From contig PQAE01000002.1 of assembly GCA_003104935.1 (NCBI GenBank), forward strand, positions 3,527 through 67,526: a DNA stretch of 64,000 nucleotides. The letters run 5' to 3'. A model generated the notes under the pieces. The model was not told where the DNA came from. It was given only the letters and a program-made list of their open reading frames with translations, and did not search any database. Source of the DNA: Parcubacteria group bacterium (GTDB lineage: Bacteria; Patescibacteriota; Patescibacteriia; UBA1558; GWA2-36-10). The position numbers and the translations under genes are program-made. Of the stretch, positions 58,228-64,000 are shown piece by piece (position 1 is the stretch's first letter; each line of letters starts with the position of its first letter).

Positions 58228-58855
58228 AGACGATTTTTATAAGCTCCTTTGCAATATTAGTTTTCCCCGCGACTTCTTTAACACCTCTTTCGTAAACTAT
58301 ATAAACTCTATGATTATTTTTCATTTCTCTAAAATCGTTAGCCACTATCACATCCGCGTTTGCTCTGTCCTTACTCTTTTTTGCAACCTCTAGTAGTTCT
58401 TCCCTATTCTTGTCAACTTCTAATTTAAACATTATTAAAAAAATGCTAGCGTCTGCTTTTTTAAACAAATCCACAATTTTTTCTGTGGGCACTAGATGCA
58501 ATACTAATTCAGGTTGTCCTGATTTTATTTTACCCTCCTTGTAATCAGCTAATTTATAGTCCGAAACTGCGGAAGAATGAATCACAACATCATAATCATT
58601 CTTAATCTCTCTTAAAACTAAGCTGTACAAGTCATCGTAATATTTATATCTAACAATATTAAGACCTTTCTTAAAAGATTCCTCTATTTCGATATCAGAA
58701 TTACCCAATAATAACTTTACTTCCGCTCCCGATTCGACAAACTCTTTAGCTATTTCAATGCCCAACCTACCTTTAAATATATTTGTTATGACCCTAACAC
58801 TATCAATAGGTATATATGTGCTACCCGCGGTAATTAAAACTTTTAGTTTTTTCAT
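58208..58855 (-). CDS. coaB: Stand-alone phosphopantothenate-cysteine ligase-like protein (CoaB/DFP domain)
   Basis: VLITAGST.IPIDSVRVITN..KG.LG, HSSAVSDY, KIKS, FKLE, IVAND. Confidence 0.85.
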   Translation of the reverse strand: MKKLKVLITAGSTYIPIDSVRVITNIFKGRLGIEIAKEFVESGAEVKLLLGNSDIEIEESFKKGLNIVRYKYYDDLYSLVLREIKNDYDVVIHSSAVSDYKLADYKEGKIKSGQPELVLHLVPTEKIVDLFKKADASIFLIMFKLEVDKNREELLEVAKKSKDRANADVIVANDFREMKNNHRVYIVYERGVKEVAGKTNIAKELIKIVYDKFGE

Positions 58856-58859
58856 TGAT

Positions 58860-59417
58860 TTAAATATTTTTTTCGATTGTTTTAATAATGTTTTCTGTCT
58901 CCGCTACTTTGCCTATTCCTTCGTCTCTGCATGCTAAAAGTCCTGGCTGTGGATCTTCAAATATGTATTTATTATCTATTTTTTTTAAATAATCTACATT
59001 GTCCTGAGTTATCCTGTTGAGCCACATCTCGGTATTCATAGCTGGTGCGATGACCACCTTCTTATTTTGTGGTAGCGCCATAATTACAGTAGTTAACATG
59101 TTGTCTGCTATACCATTCGCCAACTTGCCGATAGTATTAGCGGTTGCTGGTGCCAATACAAATATGTCACACCATTTAGCGAGAGAAATATGTTCCACTT
59201 CTTCAGCGTTGATTGATGAAAACATGTCAGTGTATACAGCCCTATTCGTTAGAGCCTGGAACGTTATGGGAGTAACAAATTTAGTAGCCGCTTCAGTCAT
59301 TATTACTCTAACCTCCGCGCCATTCTTCAATAACTGATTAATCAAAGTAGCAATCTTGTATGCTGCAATGCCCCCAGAGATACCAACTAATATTTTTTTT
59401 CCTTGTAACTTACTCAT
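58860..59417 (-). CDS. coaC: Stand-alone phosphopantothenoylcysteine decarboxylase-like HFCD flavoprotein (CoaC)
   Basis: GISGGIAAYK, EHISLA, APATANTIGKLA.GIADN, PAMNT.M, LAC.DEG.G. Confidence 0.9.
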   Translation of the reverse strand: MSKLQGKKILVGISGGIAAYKIATLINQLLKNGAEVRVIMTEAATKFVTPITFQALTNRAVYTDMFSSINAEEVEHISLAKWCDIFVLAPATANTIGKLANGIADNMLTTVIMALPQNKKVVIAPAMNTEMWLNRITQDNVDYLKKIDNKYIFEDPQPGLLACRDEGIGKVAETENIIKTIEKNI

Positions 59418-59435
59418 AGTATTATTATCATTTTA

Positions 59436-61139
59436 TTATATATATTTTATTCTTTCCAAGACTCGATTTCTCCTCAACTTCAGCGTCGGCGTCAGTGATC
59501 CATTTTCTTGCGTAAACTCCTCGGCTAACAATTTAAAATTACTGATCTGCTCTACCTCGGACAAATGCGTTATTTTTTCATTTATTTTTTCCTGATAAAA
59601 ATCTAATATTTTTTGTTCGCCTAGATTGAAAGCCACATTATTTTTCCGGCACCAGATCTTTAACTGCTCAAAATTTGGCACAATCAGCGCGGAAATATGT
59701 TTGTCTCTATCACCATAAACCATGCTCTGACTGATATAGCGGCTCTCATTGAGAGTATTTTCTATGGGCTCGGGAAAAATATTTTTGCCCGTAGATAATA
59801 CTATCACATCTTTGGCCCGGCCGATAATGGTGATAAAGCCCTCTTTATCCATAAAACCCAGGTCACCGGTATGGAGCCAACCCTCGGCATCAATGATTTC
59901 CGCTGTCTGGGTTTCATTTTTATAATATCCGGCCATGACATTTTCACCCTTGACTAGTATTTCCTTATCAACGCTGATTTTAACCTGATTACAATCAATG
60001 GCCTGGCCCACGGTGCCAAAACGCCTAAACCCCTGGTGGTTCACCGAGATAATCGGACTGGTCTCAGTCATGCCATAACCTTCCAATATAATAATGCCTA
60101 GGTCATCAAAAAAACGGATTATTTTTGTGTCCAACGAAGCGCCCCCGGAAATAGCCAATCTTAATTTAGCTCCAAAAATTGCCCGAATTTTGCGCAGGAC
60201 GATCAGATCCAAAAAACTCCATTTGATCATTCCCCACCTGTTTAATTTTCTGGCCCGTTTGGCCACAGCCAGCTGTAGACTATTAAAAAACAATTTCTTT
60301 TTGGAATTACTACCGGCTTCTACCTTATCAAAGATCGTGCCGTAAATCTTTTCAAAAATTCTGGGTACGCTGGACAATATGGTCGGGCGCGCCCGGCGGA
60401 TATCTTCAATAATAGTTTTACTGCTCCGGGCAAAAAATATGCTGGCGCCGGCTGACAAAGGCACATAATAACCGGCGGTGCGTTCAAAAGCGTGCGACAA
60501 GGGCAAAAAAGAAAAAAATCGGTCAGTGGGGTAAATCGGTATGACCCGCTTGGCCGACTCTACGTCACTAATAATATTATGGTGAGTCAACATCACGGCC
60601 TTGGGGTCGCCTGTGGTGCCCGAAGTATAGACGATAGTATGTACCGCATCGGGCAAGATCTGTTCCGCTTTGATATTTGTCTCGGATACATGGTCTAAGT
60701 CCGGCCAGATCAATGTCTTATTGCTTTCGTCATTTATCTGTCCGCCCACTAAGATGACCTTTTGCAGGGGCAATTTATTGATAACTTCTTTGTACTTATC
60801 AAAATACTCTTTGTAGATTATTAAAAATTTTGAGCCGCTATGTTCAACAATACGGCTGATATACTCGGCATTAAACGTCGTGTGAATCGGCACTACTACC
60901 AAACCAAGGGTCGCCGCCGCCAGATCGCTCATGATCCACTGCGGACTATTGGTCAGCATGACAGCGATCTTATCTCCCTTTTCAGCGCCGATATTTCTCA
61001 AAAAGACCGCTAATTTCAGACGATATTGCTCTAATTGCCAATAGCTGATGGTTTGGTAACGCCCTGCCGACAGAAAAGCCAAAGCAGTATTGCTGTTATA
61101 TTGATTAGCTACCTGTGCAAATTTTACTGCTATATTCAT
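59436..61139 (-). CDS. fadD: Long-chain fatty acid-CoA ligase-like AMP-dependent synthetase
   Basis: YTSGTTGDPK, FLPLSHAFER, EGYGMTE, GWLHTGDLG, GR.KD, LTPTLK. Confidence 0.88.
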   Translation of the reverse strand: MNIAVKFAQVANQYNSNTALAFLSAGRYQTISYWQLEQYRLKLAVFLRNIGAEKGDKIAVMLTNSPQWIMSDLAAATLGLVVVPIHTTFNAEYISRIVEHSGSKFLIIYKEYFDKYKEVINKLPLQKVILVGGQINDESNKTLIWPDLDHVSETNIKAEQILPDAVHTIVYTSGTTGDPKAVMLTHHNIISDVESAKRVIPIYPTDRFFSFLPLSHAFERTAGYYVPLSAGASIFFARSSKTIIEDIRRARPTILSSVPRIFEKIYGTIFDKVEAGSNSKKKLFFNSLQLAVAKRARKLNRWGMIKWSFLDLIVLRKIRAIFGAKLRLAISGGASLDTKIIRFFDDLGIIILEGYGMTETSPIISVNHQGFRRFGTVGQAIDCNQVKISVDKEILVKGENVMAGYYKNETQTAEIIDAEGWLHTGDLGFMDKEGFITIIGRAKDVIVLSTGKNIFPEPIENTLNESRYISQSMVYGDRDKHISALIVPNFEQLKIWCRKNNVAFNLGEQKILDFYQEKINEKITHLSEVEQISNFKLLAEEFTQENGSLTPTLKLRRNRVLERIKYI

Positions 61140-61160
61140 CTCTGGGCTGTTTATGGGCTA

Positions 61161-61189
61161 ATTTTACCACAAACAAAAAACTGCTACAA
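61161..61189 (-). promoter_or_regulatory. Promoter TTGTAG-N17-(TGn)TAAAAT for the fadD-coaC-coaB-TGase-kinase operon
   Basis: -10 at 61166-61161 with TG extension, -35 at 61189-61184. Confidence 0.55.
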
Positions 61190-61200
61190 CATAGAGCAGT
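61171..61200 (-). terminator. Weak intrinsic terminator after the upstream toxin region
   Basis: ACTGCT...AGCAGT stem (61180-61200) followed on the minus strand by TTTTTGTTT. Confidence 0.4.
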
Positions 61201-61358
61201 AGAAAAAGTCAATATGATTGTAAATCCTACGTTTTGTTTAAATTAAATCTTTATCAGGGTCGTTGCTTATACTGCACTCGCTCCAGCAAAATTAGACAAA
61301 TAGGACAGTGTTAAAGCCAACAGAAATGGTAAAAGAACGAATTTGACAGACTAAGGGT

Positions 61359-62162
61359 TTAATGTAATAACCTAGCGGCTCTATCTTCTGCGCTTTGTAT
61401 AGCTGATTTAACTTCTTTTTCTATAATCTTATCAAGACGCTCTAATGAAATAAGGTTTCTGGAAAATTCGTTTTGTTTAGCTTTATTATGAAAATATTTA
61501 AAATTAGTTCCTTCACACTTCCATAAAAACCATTTTCCACTCCTTTTACGCAGATGATTATTATAAATCTTTACTTGTGTCATTATTTCTATACCTTGTT
61601 TGATAAATTTATCAATAAACTCATCTACGGCATTAGCAAATCCTTCAAGATTGTAGGCATAGTCTTCTCTTTGCCGAGCAGAATCTGGATTTTGATTTTG
61701 CCTCATCAAGGCTATATGTAGTTCGTTTTTTCTTAGTAAATCTGCAAAATCATTTCTAAGACCTGCTACTGTCTCATTTGTCTCTTTAATGCCAGCATCT
61801 GCCCATAAAATCTTATTATGTAGATAATAACTTTTTATCTTAAAATTTGGCACCTCTACATCACGATAAACATCTCGTATAGTTGGATAATTTGTGGTTT
61901 CAAGAGAAAAATTACGTTTGCCTGCTGTGGCTCTTATTCGAGTCACTAGGGCTCTTAATCTTGAAACAAACGCCTGTAATTTTTGGCGTGTTTTATATGT
62001 ATCATCTAAACTTCTAGTTATACTAATTTCTATTCGCCGCAGATGCTCTTTACGTTCTTCTTTCTTGCTTATTACTACCTTAAACCAAGCACCGAGACCT
62101 AAAAGAAAAGGACCAAGTGCAGCTCCAATCAATGTTTGCCATTTTGATAAGAAATCTATCAT
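61359..62162 (-). CDS. Hypothetical protein with N-terminal TM and helical body
   Basis: 267-aa AT-rich ORF, WQTLIGAALGPFLLGLGAWF; no motif recognised. Confidence 0.7.
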   Translation of the reverse strand: MIDFLSKWQTLIGAALGPFLLGLGAWFKVVISKKEERKEHLRRIEISITRSLDDTYKTRQKLQAFVSRLRALVTRIRATAGKRNFSLETTNYPTIRDVYRDVEVPNFKIKSYYLHNKILWADAGIKETNETVAGLRNDFADLLRKNELHIALMRQNQNPDSARQREDYAYNLEGFANAVDEFIDKFIKQGIEIMTQVKIYNNHLRKRSGKWFLWKCEGTNFKYFHNKAKQNEFSRNLISLERLDKIIEKEVKSAIQSAEDRAARLLH

Positions 62163-62206
62163 AAGTATACGCTCAATGGCGACCTAAAGACATCCGGTTA
62201 ATCAAG

Positions 62207-62449
62207 TTATACTAAATCTTTCTCTGCATCAATTCCATCCAAACTAATATCTTTCAAATCTATTTCAAAAGCTTCAGCTTGCTGTTGCAAAATAGAAACT
62301 ACGCTATAATAAGCTAATAAATTACCTTCATTGAAAGAATTTCTCTCTTTCTTTAGTTTATTTTTAGACTCTAAAGCGTCTTCCTTTATTAGTTTAAAGG
62401 TATCTGCTATAAATCCTAGATACTTGTTACTATTATTTTCTTTATCCAT
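62207..62449 (-). CDS. Putative immunity protein for the upstream Rhs C-terminal toxin
   Basis: 80 aa, acidic, starts 7 bp after the toxin stop. Confidence 0.7.
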   Translation of the reverse strand: MDKENNSNKYLGFIADTFKLIKEDALESKNKLKKERNSFNEGNLLAYYSVVSILQQQAEAFEIDLKDISLDGIDAEKDLV

Positions 62450-62456
62450 GTTTATA

Positions 62457-63272
62457 TTACTTTAAATTATTTAATATACCCTTCAATATGTTTTGTTGCT
62501 CTTGATTGCGTTGTAAATGTTTTTCCCATTGTCTAATTTGACCTTGTATGTACTGTTCACTGGCATTTCCGAAATCATTAATATACTTGGCTGGATTCTG
62601 CAACTTTTCAATATGCTCTTGAATCCGTTTTCCAAAACTCTGCATACCCTTCTTTAATTCTGCAGCTGATTTATCTAAATACTGCATCATCCAGTTATGG
62701 TGTTTACCGGCACTAGCCAACGAACTACTGTATGCTCCCTCAGCACTACCGATTACGCGATCAATTTGCGCCTGACTAGCAGCATATTTTGTAGATAGCC
62801 CCGTACCTAATCTCTCTTCTATGCCACCTAATAGTAGGATTACACCAAATTTCTGAGGACCACTCCAATTATTATATGGCTCATAAATTGACCCCACAAA
62901 ATCTCTAGATTCACTAGAATTTACAGTTGCTGGATTATAATCATTTCCTGGTGCTTGGGCGACTGGTATGTTCCAAAAAAGCGATGAAAACGCGACTCCA
63001 AGTGCAAACAATATTGGATTATTTCCATCAGGATCCGTATATTTAACCGGATTATTCCCAGCATAACTATAACTGTTCAAATTCTGTGGGTTAGCCAGTT
63101 GTTCTTGAACACTTCTACCATAGGCCTTGGTAAAAGCCTGGTCATCATTTATTATGAAAAGTGCCGGATCTATGGAATTAAACCTCCCCGTAGTATTATC
63201 TAAGTATCTAGCACCGTAGTATTGTAGATTGTTCTCTTGGTCTAATTCTTTACCGGTATAGATTATTTGCAC
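62457..63272 (-). CDS. Orphan Rhs core fragment plus C-terminal toxin domain
   Basis: YTGKELD...YYGARY.D...GRF.SIDP, N.YSYAGNNPVKYTDPDG, followed by a ~190-aa variable tail. Confidence 0.9.
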   Translation of the reverse strand: MQIIYTGKELDQENNLQYYGARYLDNTTGRFNSIDPALFIINDDQAFTKAYGRSVQEQLANPQNLNSYSYAGNNPVKYTDPDGNNPILFALGVAFSSLFWNIPVAQAPGNDYNPATVNSSESRDFVGSIYEPYNNWSGPQKFGVILLLGGIEERLGTGLSTKYAASQAQIDRVIGSAEGAYSSSLASAGKHHNWMMQYLDKSAAELKKGMQSFGKRIQEHIEKLQNPAKYINDFGNASEQYIQGQIRQWEKHLQRNQEQQNILKGILNNLK

Positions 63273-63327
63273 TACACCTGCTCCAGAATAAGGACTTTTA
63301 ATTAAATTACCTAAGAGATTCTCATTT

Positions 63328-63645
63328 CTAAGACCATCTGGGTCCGTGAGGATCTGTCTGTATAATTAAACCACCATATATTGCCTCAAGTTCTCCTTCG
63401 AAATCTAAAAATTCCGTGCCTGTATTAATTTGCCATACGCCCCTTGAACCTTTTGTATGTATAATAGCGCTTCCATCTTTTAACCTTTTTATCATAATAT
63501 CTAACAGTTCCGCTCTATTATAATCACTGAAACATCCAGCTTCTTTAAAATGCTTTTCAACTGCTTCTTCTGGCGAATCAACTTCGTATTGCTCTACCGC
63601 GAAAGTAAAATCCGCAAATGTTGTGGTTACTGTAAATAATTTCAT
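63328..63645 (-). CDS. Putative immunity protein
   Basis: 105 aa, acidic, starts 10 bp after the upstream toxin-like stop. Confidence 0.6.
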   Translation of the reverse strand: MKLFTVTTTFADFTFAVEQYEVDSPEEAVEKHFKEAGCFSDYNRAELLDIMIKRLKDGSAIIHTKGSRGVWQINTGTEFLDFEGELEAIYGGLIIQTDPHGPRWS

Positions 63646-63655
63646 AAAATATTTA

Positions 63656-64000
63656 TTATTTAATATGCTTAATTAATGATTGAAGACTATTTTTAATACC
63701 CTGCAAACGGTTTTTCTCTATCTTATTCAAATTTTCGCTCTTAAATACATTTCTTATATTATTAATAACATTCCTAGCTTTTTCAGTATGAAATATGTCT
63801 TTAGTCTTATTTCCGGTCATTATTTCATTCCTTAGCGCACCCATCGTACCTCCAGGAATTGTATCACTTGTTTTAAATACGGATTTTAGGGTATTAACAG
63901 CCCTACTATTTTCAATGCCTTTCAACATTTTGCTCTGCTGGGCTACTGCATCAAAATTCTTAGCCTTATTAGCAAGTTTAGCAACATCATCAACTTTAGT
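63656..64000 (-). CDS. Partial C-terminal polymorphic toxin domain, 5' end outside the window
   Basis: Frame is open to the window end (TKVDDVAKLANKAKNFDAVAQQSK-MLKG...); basic tail GGTMGALRNEIMTG....FH.EKA. Confidence 0.65.
   Translation of the reverse strand, partial: TKVDDVAKLANKAKNFDAVAQQSKMLKGIENSRAVNTLKSVFKTSDTIPGGTMGALRNEIMTGNKTKDIFHTEKARNVINNIRNVFKSENLNKIEKNRLQGIKNSLQSLIKHIK

Noticed and set aside
58860-59417. EpiD/LanD-type RiPP decarboxylase cluster
   Set aside because: No Cys-terminal precursor peptide or lanthipeptide enzymes nearby; the adjacent CoaB-like gene and LAC.D.G.G motif favour a CoaC-type enzyme
346-62187. Many short (60-150 aa) ORFs antisense to or nested in long genes
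   Set aside because: They overlap well-supported genes, lack motifs and are expected shadow ORFs
61140-63660. Integron cassette array
   Set aside because: No convincing attC inverted-repeat structure between the AT-rich genes; Rhs orphan organisation explains the layout
1-64000. tRNA, rRNA, riboswitch, CRISPR array, transposase or alternative genetic code
   Set aside because: None recognised by eye; intergenic gaps are short, and genes are full length with TGA as a stop (e.g. 12071, 13487). A covariance-model scan was not possible

Overview
Bacterial chromosome segment using the standard code (TGA acts as a stop). Gene content and style point to a Patescibacteria/CPR organism; this is inferred, not proven. 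In order: (1) heat-shock operon hrcA-grpE-hsp20-Zn-ribbon ORF under a perfect CIRCE; (2) AbrB-type regulator plus MacAB-like ABC exporter; (3) a ~12.7 kb type IV pilus locus whose first four genes are a minimal, highly divergent chemosensory cassette (MCP-like, CheW, CheA, stand-alone REC; no CheR/CheB); (4) ~34.5 kb of surface-glycan genes (priming transferase, flippase, 9 GT4 and 2 GT2, a GT-C-like protein, 7 methyltransferases, a B12 radical SAM enzyme and an unusual GatZ-like/kinase/nucleotidyltransferase module); (5) an operon fadD-like ligase, coaC, coaB, transglutaminase-like protein and 7TM-GAF histidine kinase, in which an AT-rich block spans the enzymes and the sensor domain; (6) the tail of an Rhs toxin/immunity array. 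Two short MITE-like elements with 4-bp target duplications sit in glycan-operon promoter/leader regions. The best candidates for undescribed systems are the pilus-coupled minimal chemosensory pathway and the CoaBC/transglutaminase/7TM-kinase cassette, which may be a signal-synthase plus receptor module. All calls come from manual motif reading; no searches were run.
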